From Eledone cirrhosa (taxonomy: Eukaryota), in the NCBI GenBank assembly GCA_964016885.1, contig OZ024740.1, positions 316,324,001 through 316,388,000 on the forward strand: a stretch of DNA of 64,000 nt, read 5' to 3'. A program made the position numbers and the translations under genes. The notes under the pieces are model-generated. The model ran no database searches. It was not told where the DNA came from and saw nothing but the letters and a program-made list of their open reading frames with translations. This document shows, one piece after another, positions 51,846 through 64,000 of this stretch (position 1 is its first letter; every line of letters starts with the position of its first letter).

Positions 51846-51917
51846 TTGTCCGACGAACGAATGAGGACGTTTTTCGTATTCGTCTTATTCGGGAAACCTC
51901 TGGTAATGAGGTAATTA
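51846..51917 (+). ncRNA. HHR-like motif with CCGACGA core at the end of a TG-rich orphan pLTR-like segment (~50600-51945)
   Basis: CCGACGA-a-cgaatgaggacg..cgtcttattcg-g-GAAA-cctc(tggtaat)gagg-TA; stem I is weak. Confidence 0.6.
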
Positions 51918-51941
51918 ATTATATTGTATTGTTTATTATAC

Positions 51942-52077
<136 letters not shown>

Positions 52078-52450
52078 CTTATATATAAAGTGAAGTTGGG
52101 CGTTCTTTGTTTGTTTGGTGTCCCGAACTTGCAGACTACACCGTTCCTCCGATTTTCATGAACTTGACACATATATAAAACTCGACCCGTAGATTGGAAT
52201 AGGCTACTTGAAATTTTGGAAAAATCGATAATCGGGCCTCCAGAAGCCAAAAATCAATATTTTCAAAAATCGTCCGATTTCGATGAAACTCGACGCAAAT
52301 GTGTATTTCGATCCGGGGATTTCGATAATTGGATCACCAGAGTAAAAAATCAATATTTACGAAATTTGTCCGATTCCAATGAGATTTGACGTAGATATGT
52401 ATTTTGATGTGGGCATCAACGTGGGGTACTTGAAATTTTCAAACAATCGA
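52078..52450 (-). mobile_element. Helitron/HINE-like 3' region
   Basis: Inverted homologue of 44115-44252, followed by repeated ccgatttcgatgaaact subunits. Confidence 0.6.
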
Positions 52451-52499
52451 TATTCAGCAAACCTTTTATACCGATTCTTCCATTTCTTATATAAGGACT

Positions 52500-54720
52500 A
52501 TCAAGACTATACCGCCGCGCACCATCCTGTATTGCGTCCAGTCTTCTCAAGCGATCATCGAGCCTCCATGCGCTCTCTTCATTCCCGTGATCCCACTACC
52601 GTAGCATAATGAGGCATCCGTCAACCCCTGCCCTCTCCCTTCTCTGCACACCGTTGACCCACTGCATCGTTGTGCATCACCATGCGCATCTCTGCCTTGT
52701 CAGCCGCAATTCATTCCTCGGCCCTTTCCATTGCCTGCCCTCTGTGGTCCCTAAGGACTGCCACGGCTGAACATGCCGAATCCCTGCCACCGTCCACCCC
52801 TGCCCATTTCCATTGACTACACTCCGGGATAGCTCAAGACTTCCATGCCTGACCAAGCCGCATCCCTGCCACCGTCAACCCCTGCCCCCTCCGTTCCCTG
52901 TACGCCGTCGTCCCACTGCATCGTCATGCCTCACCATGCCGCATTACTGCCCCGTCGGCCACCATCCCCTCCACAGCCCTTTCTTTTTCCTGCCCGCCGT
53001 GCTCCTTCAAGACTGCCAAATCTAACCAAGCCGCATCCCTGCCACCATCAAGTCCTGCCCTCTCCCTTCCCTGCACGCCGTCGTCCCACTGCATCGTCAT
53101 GCCTCACCATGCCCTGTCAGCCGCGATGCCCTCTCCTTCCCTCTCCCTTACCCGCACGCCTTGATCCTTCACGAATGCTATGGCTCACTATGCGGAATCC
53201 CTGCAACCGTCAATCCCGGCCATTTCCCTTCCCTGCACGCCGTCGACCCACTGCATCGTTATGCCTCACCATACCGCATCCATGATCTGTCAGCCGCCAT
53301 CCCCTCCTCAGTCTTTTATTTTGCCTGCCTGCCGTGCTCCTTCAAGACTGCCATGCCTAACAAAGCCGCATCCCTGCCACCGTCAACCCCTGCCCTCTCC
53401 CTTGCCCGCACGCCTTGGTCTCTCACCACTGCCATGGCTCACCATGCGGCATTCCTGCCCTGTTAGCAACTTGCTCAAATGTCATCAGCATGGTTTATTC
53501 CTGCGCCGCACATAACCGCCCATTACCTCAGACCAAAGACAACACCGAACATGAAGACGATCCTGTGTAAGTCTTTTTACATTCATTTTGACCATATTTA
53601 ACAAAATTAAACAAAAATTCATCCCTTCTCCTCCAAAGCCTACCGATCATGTATGGCCGATAAACATCCTGCCTTGCACCCGGTTTTCTCAAACAATCAT
53701 CGTGCCTTCCGGTGCTCTCTACATTTCCAAGGTGCAACTCAATTGGCATGCCGCATCCACGCCCTGTCAGCCGCCATGCACCCTGCTCTTTCGTCATGCC
53801 TCATCATGTTGCATCCCTGCCCTGTCAGCCGCCATCCACTCCCCGACCCTTTCCACTGCCTAGGCATGGCAGTCTTAAGGGACCAAGTCGCATCCCTGCC
53901 ACCGTCAACCCCTGCCCTCTCCGTTCCCTGCACACAGTCGTCCCACTGCATCGTCATGCATCACCATGCTGCATCAATGCTCTGTCAGCCGCCATCTCCT
54001 CCTCGGCCCTTTCTTTTGCCTGCCCGCAGTGCTCATTCAAGACTACCATGGCTCACCATGCAGCATCCTTGCCACCGTCCACTCCTGCCCTCTTCCTTGC
54101 CTGCTGGCCGTCGTCCCACTGCATCGTCATGCCTCATCCATGCACTGTCAGCCACCATCCCCTCCTCGGCCCTTTCTTTTTCCTGACCGATTTGCTCCTT
54201 CAAGACTCCCATGGCTATCTATGCCGCATCAATTCCTTGCCATCCGCTTAAACGTCATCAGCATGGCACATTGTTGCCCCATTTGACCACCGATTTTCGC
54301 AGGCTAAACACAATACCAACGTGCACGATAGTCCATGGTAAATATTTTTAATTACATGTTCATCATGCTAAGCAAAGGATGAATAGCAACTCTTTCATTT
54401 CTCCTGACATGCCTTTCTGTCAATTATGGCCGAGAAGCATCTTGTGTAGCATCCCGTCTTCTCAAGCGATCAGCGTGCCTTCCACTGTCCTCACAATTGA
54501 CTCACAACGCCGCATCTATTCCCTGCGACGCTCCTAAACATCATCAGCATGGCTTATTTTTCTGCCGCGTTTAACCGACCCTCATTCTAGTCCATAAACA
54601 ACAAAACCGCACGATGATGCTGCGTAGGTCTATTTAAATTAATGGTCAACATGTTCAGCAAAACAATTGTACCAATTCTTCCTCTTCACCTCCAAAGCCT
54701 ATCCATTACATCTTAGAGGT
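52500..54720. repeat. Degenerate C-rich tandem array (~175-bp unit, with higher-order blocks)
   Basis: Recurring gcatccctgccaccgtcaacccctgccctctcc and cccactgcatcgtcatgcctcacc. Confidence 0.8.
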
Positions 54721-55279
54721 CGGGATTCGCAATTTCTACGATTTCAATATTGACACAACAGTCCGTCAGGTTTTTCGGCACATGTTGCTCCGATAGGAAT
54801 CTCAACGTGATTTTCACTTAATTCGTAAGTGTTCAGTCTTCCGTATGCTTTTATTTTTTTATTGATACAACATCGACTACAATCATCTAACTTCACTTTG
54901 TAGGCTAGACGCGAATCACAAGAAAAACAATCCTCTGATATACCCCCCCCCCCCTCATTCTTTGGTCTACCTAGATTTCAATTGCTATATCCTTTGCTTT
55001 TGTACGGCTGTACATTTGACAATGTCGCAAAACATTATTCCACTTGATTCTTACCTTTCAGCTATGAATTGGGCAGTGCCTTAAAATCCCGGTTTATTTG
55101 CGTGCAATTTTTTGGAATCTTATGAATGGAGAATCGAAAACAATTGTTACAATTGTTTCGCCGGCGGACAGCTCGAGACGCGATCATTGTGTGGTTCTGT
55201 CTGATTCTGGACCGGCGGGTTCGACGGACACCTCTAATGATTTCGGAGCATATTCTTCCACTGGGGTATCTGACCCTGT

Positions 55280-55790
55280 GGGCCAGTACTGGCAATAACA
55301 AAACCCATAGGAATAACAAATATAGAACTAAACAGAGAAATAGACAACGACCGCCAGAAATAACCGAACCGAACACTAATATAGGGACCCTCAGGAACTA
55401 CAGAAAATCCAGAGATAGGAAATACTTATGGTTCAATCCAATATTCAACTCCTCTTCAAAAACCAACCTACCCTCTACACTCCCCATTCGGTTCAGTTAT
55501 TTTTGGTACTCGTTGTCTATTTCTGCGTTTAGTTCTATATTTGTTATTCCTATGGGTTATTGTTTCGATTCTCCGATGTATCTATAAATACCAATGCCAT
55601 GTGTTAAACCCTCCAGTGTTCCGATGATTTGATCAGACACACACACTGTATTTAAGGTCGAGTGACACAACTTCGAGTGATTAACGGCCTTTAGACTCAC
55701 CTGATCAATGAAACAATTGTTAATACTATAAATAAAACCCTTTTTGTACAGCCAATCATGTTATTCTTCACTCTTTCACTATTATTATTC
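55280..55790 (+). mobile_element. PLE remnant: linker-coding fragment, ~80-bp inverted repeat and HHR-bearing 3' end
   Basis: RKYLWFNPIFNSSSKTNLP resembles the PLE linker FFNPPFNLNVSTNLP; ~55295-55372 is an inverted copy of ~55487-55564. Confidence 0.6.
55615..55727 (+). ncRNA. Type I HHR with CCGATGA core and ~65-nt stem II insertion
   Basis: agtgtt-CCGATGA-t-ttgatcag..ctgatcaa-t-GAAA-caattg-TT-aatact, then AATAAA. Confidence 0.78.
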
Positions 55791-56169
55791 CAAGAATAAC
55801 CTGCATGGGAATTCTCACGAACTCGCTACCTAACTATGGAAACCTCTTGTTGAGTCAAACAACGCCGTACATTAAAACTATCCACGATACAGAGTACTCA
55901 CAACCTCTAACTGGATTACCTAAAACGATAACTTGTTTTCCCATATATATATACACACATATTAGTAGCATGAGAATGTTTCTATGTGGAAGACAACATT
56001 ATATGGACATTTTATCTGGTCTTTCATTGATTTGGAGTATTTTCAGGAGTTTGATAAATTGAAGGACATTAGAGTGGAAAGTTGTCATGGAGTGGTAATT
56101 ATTTATATGAAGGATTGCATCTAATGTTTAGAGTAGTCTTAGAAGATATGTTTATTTATTTAAGATAAC

Positions 56170-56830
56170 TTTAGACTTAGTGGTTAATCATGGTTCCTGC
56201 TTATGTGTGATCTTGATTGCAAGCTGTTCAAATACCGGCTACTTTCTGATAGGTTTGTTGTTGAATATATAGCAGCAGAAACTTCTGGCATTCTGGGTCT
56301 CCAAACCACCGCCCTACTCACTGCCATCTGGATCACCCACAAGAATAAGCCTTGAGAGTTAAAATGGCTCTTTTCAGCGTGTCTCCCTCGATATCCTCAG
56401 GTGTAACACTTTCGGTATTCCACCTGCTGGAACCATGTTATTGAGCTGCCTCTAGTCAATATCCCCTCAGTTCGGGAGCCAGCTGAATTGTCCAGGTTTG
56501 ATGGGAAGATGTGGACGTTTCATTTGGGAGGCCACAGTTAGTGACGCTTTTGCTCCCCCATACCTTGGATACTGTGGCAAAGGTAAAGTCCACAACATCA
56601 TTTGTCTAGTGGAATGAATAATATACCAGAAAATACTGTCCAACTATTCTTTTCAGCATATGGCGTTCGAGTCATTTGGGGGAGCTAGGGTGCTGACAAC
56701 GAGTTTCTTGTGATTGTTGGCGATTCGCTTTACCAACATATCAGATGATACTCGCACCTTAGCTTCCTTATTACCCGTAGTAATTCTGCAAATGTGTTGA
56801 CTTGTTTCAAAAATTATTAGAAGGAAAGTC
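56170..56830 (+). pseudogene. Degenerate CRE-like C-terminal (restriction-like endonuclease) relic
   Basis: SRFDGK..WEATVSDAFAPPYL-like reading; homologous to 62040-62865. Confidence 0.45.
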
Positions 56831-56964
56831 CAGGGGCTTTTATGGTGTATGATTGAGTGTGCAGGTCTTCTCCCACTCCCCCATCAACAGCTCGCTGAAA
56901 GATACCCCAAATACAAGGTATGGAAAAGATGAAACAAGCTTATTTATTAAGATGAAACAAGGGT

Positions 56965-57108
56965 AGAGCATAGTTACGTCCCTTTACGATCTGAGTTTAA
57001 ATCCCGCCGAGGTTGACTTTGCCTTTCATCCTTACGGGGTCGATAAAATAAAGTACCAGTAATACACTGGGTAATTGCTGGCCTTGTGCCTAAAGTAGAA
57101 ACAATTAT
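56965..57108 (+). mobile_element. SINE, Meta-domain-like family, 5'-truncated
   Basis: Matches the body and tail of the 24651 copy. Confidence 0.85.
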
Positions 57109-59112
57109 TATAGGACCCCACCCTTCGATTTGAGTGGGAAAAAATATTTTTCTGTTTTTGTTTTTTTTCCGTGTTATGAACTAATCTGACCTCCAAGATC
57201 ATCGCAATCGACTCTTTTCCCTCCAGATTAAGGTTTCAGTTTTACGCGAAAAAAAGTCGACTGCGGGCATCTTGGAGGTGAGATTAATTGATAGCATACG
57301 GGAAAAAAAAATTATCATTTACCACTAAACATGAGAAGTGGGTGTAGATCTGCGAAACTCGGATGGTCTTTTCCCCTCTCTTTTTTTCTACAAAGCTAGT
57401 AGTTTCCGGCTGGTTTGGAGGTCACATTCGTTATCAACACGTGAAAAAATAATCGCCGAGAAAACTCCGAGGAAAGAGGGGGGGGGGACACCCACGCACC
57501 CCGCTCCGTTTTCCTGAAAAAAAAATGTCAATTGCTAGCATCTTGGAGGTTAGATTAGTAGATAGACCACGAGAAAAAAAAAAAAAAAAGAGAGGAAATA
57601 TTTTACCCCCCCATTGAAATGGAGAAGGTGGGGGTGTTCTATAAATTTACCTTCACAAGTTTTCAAAGCAAAGAATTTTGTAATCAAAGTGGAAGAAATG
57701 AAGAACAGATACAATAAAATAGTGGATCAAATGTTGAATGTCTTTATCAAACAAAACATGACCCTGCTGAATGTGTGTGTTTATGTTATACATTTTCGAT
57801 TCCAGTTTGCAATTATTTCACTTATGTCTTAAAAATATTTGTCATGTCTTTCCCTACAAATACTAAAGTGCTGTAATTTGAGCCCAGTAGCTGTCAGTGG
57901 AACGAGGATTTCGATACAATATCATTCGCCGGTGTTTACTTATATATATAATCAATAGAATAACACTATTTAGTATTATTACAACGGATGTGATGTCATA
58001 AGAGCTCAGCACTTCACAAAGAATAGGTTGAATAATTCAATAAATGTTAATAATCTTAAATAACTAAATAAACAAATTGGAAAAATCCTTTAAATATTCT
58101 AGCATATAGAATATGGTATAATCAGGGTGAAAATGTTTGTTTACAATTAATAAACAAAAATATATACTCATTACGGTGATCTGCACGGTTAGTTCAGCTG
58201 AAAATATGGTGTGATCTAAAGAATCATTTAATGGACTTTCTTTAAATTATTACCTAATGATACTGTATTTGTTATTTGTAAAAACTTTACCAGCATGAAT
58301 AAATCGAGTGAAAATACTTCCTCCGGGACGAGAGAAACCGACGAAAGGCAAGCGAATTCGCCAAACCACCCTCTTATTCTTGCGACACGGTAAACAAATG
58401 CACACTTACTTGTTTTAAATGTCTTTAAGAACACAATATACAATAATTATCACCTTATTAATCTATTAAGCCTGAAGCCATAATATTTGCTCCACGTTTC
58501 TAGTAATAAGAACTTACGAGTTCTATCGTAACTTTAAATATATTCGATGGATCCAATCCCCCGCCGTCCTTGAATTGTACTCAATTGATATACAGAACAA
58601 TTTGTTAGGTAAATAAAATGTGGAATGCTTTTCAAGATAGCATTTTCATTCAACAAAATATTTTTTTCCTCTTTCCAGTCTGCCCTGGCAAACTAATTTA
58701 TTCCACGTTTGAACTGCTGAATATAATACAGTTAATTTAAGAATGTCTTTAATAATATAAACAACGAACGAAAGTGGTGCTGTATTAATTGTATTAGAGT
58801 CTAATAATTAGACTAAAGGAAAATCATCGAAGATCTCGTGAGCGAGTGAAATGGTGTGAAACTATCTGTTGCAGGTCAACTCTGAAAGAGAACATGTCAA
58901 TTGTGGGTGGCTGTTCCAAGCCCTCCTCCGTCGCTGTACACACCCCTATTAAAGGTTAGGTTAAAGGGTGCGCGTAGATATTATAGCTGAGACATCACAT
59001 CACTCTTCATGCTCCAGAGCAGAGCATGTCTGTGTAAATGAGTTATTTTAAAATGCGAATATTCGGGTAATGATAATTGCAGACTCTGAAACTGTACATA
59101 TATAAACACATA

Positions 59113-59296
59113 CAACGGTCGGCTGGAAAGTTCATAGGTTGACTGACCAAGATACTCTCATGGAATGACCAAAGGAGGTTTATTTTTCAACATAGTCCCT
59201 GGAAAGTAACAATGCAGAAATTAATGCATGCAAGATTTCACAGCTCTAGTATCACTCCTTCATAGTCAGCCTATGAACTATTCAGCCGACCCTCAT
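59113..59296. mobile_element. Tc1/mariner-like MITE, both TIRs present
   Basis: ggtcggctggaaagttcataggttgact ... agtcagcctatgaactattcagccgacc. Confidence 0.75.
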
Positions 59297-59423
59297 GTAT
59301 GTGTGTGTGTATATATATATACACACACACACACTGAATCTAATATTTATATATATATATAGTGCACCTGAGCACTGTACACAATAATTTCATAATTATT
59401 ATTAATACGCTCAAAACGTTTGT

Positions 59424-59448
<25 letters not shown>

Positions 59449-59456
<8 letters not shown>

Positions 59457-59586
59457 CAAAATATTAATAAATGAAGACATTCACATAATCAAAATATATG
59501 TTTTATTATATATATTTCGAAATATATATAATAAAACATATTTTGATTATGTGAATGTCTTCATTTATTAATATTTTGAATAATAT
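59449..59586. repeat. Spacer-less palindrome (~69-bp arms) next to (TA)n
   Basis: Centre tttc|gaaa at 59518/59519; one 2-bp indel between arms. Confidence 0.93.
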
Positions 59587-59680
59587 TAATAACTCCAGAA
59601 AACTTCTTTGTAGAGTGCTTTTAATCTATTGTAAAACTATATTCATTAAGTATTCAATGAACCACATTATCTTTGGTTAA

Positions 59681-59732
<52 letters not shown>

Positions 59733-60570
59733 ACAGATACGGGTTAATTACTGGGACGTAATCCGCGTGAAATTGATATTAATTTATTAAATTGGTAATT
59801 TAATTTTTGTTTTCTCATAACTTTCTTCTTAATATATGTATAATTTTTCATGAATTTTTACTGAAATACATTTTTGAAGGTGTTGATTACGATTATGTTG
59901 ACGAAAACAAATGATTTCTTTATATATTTATAATCCCCTCCGCAATGAAAGTATTTAAACATTTTTTTTTCATCAACATAATCGTAATGTACGCATTGGA
60001 AAATAAATTTTCATTTAAAAATATGCATTATTAAGAAAGTGATATTGTCTAGAGTATCATATAACTTATATGAAGTGTGTCTGTGAAACATGAAGTAACA
60101 AAGTTGAGAGGAGCATTAACTGTAACTCTCCAACATAACCGTATAAAGGAAGAGTTTATTTGTTATTGAGTGAGTCTAATTGTTTAGCCCCAGGTCAACT
60201 CTAATCAAGCGGGTATATGATTTAAAGCGCTTAAATCTTAGTTTTTTCCGCATCGACCACTACATTGTCAATTATCTCCTCTTTTTTTTAAGAATGAAGG
60301 GTGTTATGTAAGCGAGATTTTACACCTAATTCTAACAGGTCGAGACTCCCCTAATTGGTTACTGCCAGTTGTATGTATTCTCGGGTCTCGAATAATCGCA
60401 CCCCCTCGCTTATTAATTTTTCAGATTTTTTTCCAACCCCTCCTGCTCTTATTCCAGCCCCCCCCCCCCTGCTTATTAAATTTTGGTAATCTATCTCCGG
60501 TTAAATTTTATTTTAAGTGGTAGCATTCCTGCTGTGACAATGAATTTTCTTTATACATTAAAAAATATAC

Positions 60571-61297
60571 ACTAGCAGTGGTACTCGGCGTTGAACGGTA
60601 TAAGGTATTTTGGAACGCGGGCCGCCAACAGACCTAATCGTGGAAAAACTGCATGCCTGGACAATATGTAAAGAAAATAAACCGAATACTCTGATGGCTG
60701 GATAATCTTTAAGATTTTCCTCGATGAAGCAGGAAAAATGCAGGTTTTCACCTAATGCGGGCCCTAGGGGAAAATGAATTTTTTTTATGTGCATAATATG
60801 CTTTGAAATTTCGGGAAAATCGGCTAGACGTAACGCCTCCAAAAAGCCCCAAAAAGCTGAAAAAATGAAGTTTTTCACCTAATGCGGGCCCTAGGAGATC
60901 AAAATGTTGAATCTTTTTTATGTGCATAACACTCCCTGAAACATAAGTAATACACATGTAAAGTTTGAAAAACATCGGTTGGGTACTTCTCGAGTTTTAG
61001 GGATTCAAACACACACACACACAGTCATCCTTAGGGAATTGACGTAAATGCAGACATACAGACATATTATAAGGGCTTATATGTATCTTTCTAAAAAGAG
61101 AAAGACTAAGAATTATAGAGAGAGATCGCTAAATCGCCTAATGCGGTCCCTAGGGCATTGAAAAGTGCTCAGAACACTTCCTGAAACATAAGTATTACAT
61201 GTGTAAAGTTTGAAAACAGTCGGTTGGGTGGTTCTCGAGTTTTAGGGATTCAAACTCACACACACAGACAGACATCCTCAGTTTTATATATATAGAT
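60571..61297 (+). mobile_element. HINE/DINE-like element nested in a TIR element (~60377-61512)
   Basis: actagc start; cctaatgcgggccctagg subrepeats similar to the 13485 copy; tttatatatatagat end. Confidence 0.7.
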
Positions 61298-62039
61298 GAC
61301 AAAAAAGTACATTACTAGAAATCCCATTCGTTATAAAATAAATATGATGGATTAGTGGGGCGGGGTCTCAATATGTAAACTAAACGACTAATTGTAGTTT
61401 TTAAAAAATCAACGGAGACAACCTAGAAAAATCACTGATTTTCCACCACCCTCCGTTTATTCTAACTTCCCCGTTTATTCTGCCCACCCCCTATTGTGGG
61501 GGACCCGTGAATATGTGTGGAAACAATGATCTATCTTTTGAATATATACGCAAAATTTGTTTTCCTTTCCCACTCATGTTGTTAATGTAATTACACACAT
61601 ACATTCCATACATTATATACATTTTTGTTGTGTTTATATTCATTTGCAAGTTTGCTGCATTACTTTAAAATCTATATTTATATTTTTAAACGTAATTCTT
61701 ATCGATATGTATTAGAAATTATGCACAATGAGAGTATGTATTGTAAATCTGTATTTATCATAGAATTACCAATTTATATATTTTATGTTCAAATTTCATT
61801 TATAGCTTCTGTATAAGGAAATATAATTTGACCCCACCCTTCTCTCCAAGCTGGCAAACCTTGATCAATTACTCCAAAACATTGATGAAATTGAGCCCCA
61901 TTAAGGTTTTTTTTAAAATACTTATGAATTGTCTATCGATTCCTAAGTTAATGAATATGCTCAGAATCAGTTCCTCATAGAGTCTTAACATATCTGCAAC
62001 CTAATCTTTTGGAAACTTGAATGTTTGGGCAATGTCAGA

Positions 62040-62865
62040 CGTTCTCCAGTGAGGTGAATGAAAATCTAATACAGTGGAGGGCTCTGGGTTTGTCAGTTGC
62101 TGGCACAGAGTGGGATAGATTGAAGCAGAGAGTCTGGAAGACAGTTTCAACTCTCTTTTTGATCAATCTGATCAATACTCAAGATGCTACTTACTTTCTG
62201 TGAGTGCTAAATTCTCGGAATTTGGTTGATGCTTTGCCCATGGCCAACATTGGTAGTTTAGTCTGTCTGGGTGAGCTCAGTATCTGTATTGCACACAGTT
62301 GGAGCCAAAGTCTATGAAGGATTTATATATCGGTCTAACAAGCACCTTGATTCACTGTCTTTATGAGCTGTCTTGGCATCTGAATAAAAGTCACTTTGCT
62401 TGTCATCCCAAGCTGAACCTAATTATCAAGCAAGACCTGGCTCAAATTAATATCCCTTCAATTCTGTAGCCAACCAAATTGTCAAGTGTTGATAGGAAGA
62501 AGCTAAATGGCCTACATTTTGCTACTGGGTAAAAGTAAGATGTCTCATTTAGGACACCACAGTTAGCTTCTTTTTTGCTCCTTCCCACATCCTGGATGCT
62601 ACATTGAAGGTGAAAATCACTGCATCCATAGCTAGACAGAATAAAATTCTAAAATAGCAGGAATTATTGACAAACAAATTTTTCAGTCTATGTCATTAAA
62701 GGCATTTGGGGGAGCTAGGTTGCTGACACTGATATTGTTGGTGGCTCCCTTTACTGATGTATAAGGTGATGCATTCGAGGGTGCTTTGCTATTCCAGCAT
62801 CTTAGCTTCATTATCTCTTCCAGCATTGCTGCAAATGTGTTGGCTTGCCTCAAAAATTATTAAAG
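62040..62865 (+). pseudogene. Degenerate CRE-like C-terminal relic
   Basis: Shares catttgggggagctagg..gctgaca and ctgcaaatgtgttg..caaaaattatta with 56170-56830. Confidence 0.45.
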
Positions 62866-62920
62866 GGACATTTTAGAGTACCTATTCTATGAAGACTAAA
62901 TACACACAATTATTAACAAA

Positions 62921-63112
62921 GGCGGTGAATTGGCAGTATCGGTAGAGGGTTGGACGCCATGCTTTGATGCATAGAGTTACGGCCCTTGCCATTCTGAGTT
63001 CAAATCCTGCCTAGGTTAACTTTGCCTTTCATCCTTACGGGGTCGATAAAATAAAGTACCAGTAATGCACTGGGATAATTGCTGGCCTTGTGCCAAAAGT
63101 AGAAACAATTAT
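62921..63112 (+). mobile_element. SINE, Meta-domain-like family, with flanking direct repeat
   Basis: Full-length; acaattattaacaaagg occurs on both sides. Confidence 0.9.
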
Positions 63113-63802
63113 TAACAAAGGGTTCACTAAAGTTTATAATTTGAGAATTTTGTCATTGAAAAAAGGTTATTTTTTAGAATCCAAACGTCTTGTGATTTAT
63201 CAGAAAATTTATATTTTCCTTACAGAGGCAGAAGACATAGAACTATTCGTCACACAACCCGAAGAGAAGTAATAAAAGCAGTAGATGAGCCCAAAGGTAA
63301 TAATTTAATTATATTGGTTTTAATTTAACCCAAACATAGTGATTTATTTGTAATAGGATTTTTAACACAAAGTTTTGTGTGTGTGTGTGTGGAGGGTGAG
63401 CCAGATAAAGTTCTTTTGAGGCCCTAAGTACTTAGATTATGGTGTGTCTCCTTACCATATATAAATTTTGCAAAAAAAAAAATTGTGTGTGTAGGGGAGG
63501 GGGTAATGACAAATACGTTTAATTTGAATAAAATTGAGCCCCCTTTTTCCTTGGAGCCCTAAACATATATTCATTTTGCTTAATGGTTAATCCAACCCTG
63601 GTGTGGGGTCTATTATTCAATATATTTACTCTAGAATTCAACTAGTATTTATTTTATTGATCCTAAAAGTGAACCATGCTAGGATTTGAACTCAGAATGT
63701 TGACAGTGGTATAGACTTTATTTGGTCTGGCTACATTTAGAAATAACTTGAATGATTTCATTTGAAAACTAATCAGTTGTGTTTATTCTTCTACATGGGC
63801 TG

Positions 63803-63980
63803 TGGATTGGCAGTATTGGTAGAGGGTGGGGGTGGATTGGCAGTATTGTAGGGGGAGGATTGGCAGTATTGGTAAGGGGTGGTGAATTGGTTGTATTGGT
63901 AAGGGGGTGGATTGGCAGTATTGGTAAGAGGGTTGGATTGGCAGTATTGATAAGGGTGGAGGATCGGCAGTATCGGTAAG
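63803..63980 (+). repeat. ~21-25-bp minisatellite derived from the SINE 5' end
   Basis: About 7 copies of ggattggcagtattggta..ggg running into a SINE head at the window edge. Confidence 0.8.
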
Positions 63981-64000
63981 GCATTGGACAATGTGCTTTG

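Noticed and set aside
52813-54286. Pro/Cys/His-rich ORFs
   Set aside because: Open in several frames of a C-rich tandem array with no domain signature

Overview
AT-rich, repeat-saturated animal DNA. The SINE families, RTE LINEs and long (TA)n tracts suggest a cephalopod such as Octopus (inference). The only host gene I can support is the 32-nt first coding exon (MRIWTSEHTF) and TATA/Inr promoter of a slowmo/PRELID3-type gene on the minus strand at ~17.9 kb, so 1-17880 is probably its first intron. The rest is mobile DNA: RTE LINEs whose RT carries an inserted PHD-like finger, CRE- and CR1-like relics, SINEs, piggyBac/hAT/mariner MITEs, Helitron/HINE-like elements, a non-coding LTR element with a tRNA-Trp PBS, and four Penelope-like elements (PLEs), one of them a single nonsense codon from intact. 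The main result is a dense set of hammerhead ribozyme (HHR) motifs found by eye, about 11 recognisable copies. One is a canonical CUGAUGA HHR in the near-intact PLE. Two non-coding retrozyme-like families (~320-nt and 591-nt units) use a compensated U3-A8 core (UUGAUAA), and the 320-nt family shows stem covariation. Three apparently unrelated 3' ends carry a CCGANGA (U4C) core. Most of these elements lie in or next to (TA)n tracts, and several show PLE-type inverted 5' tails. This suggests a PLE-driven system of ribozyme-bearing, potentially circular RNA satellites with variant catalytic cores. All folds were assigned by manual base-pairing and no activity is shown.
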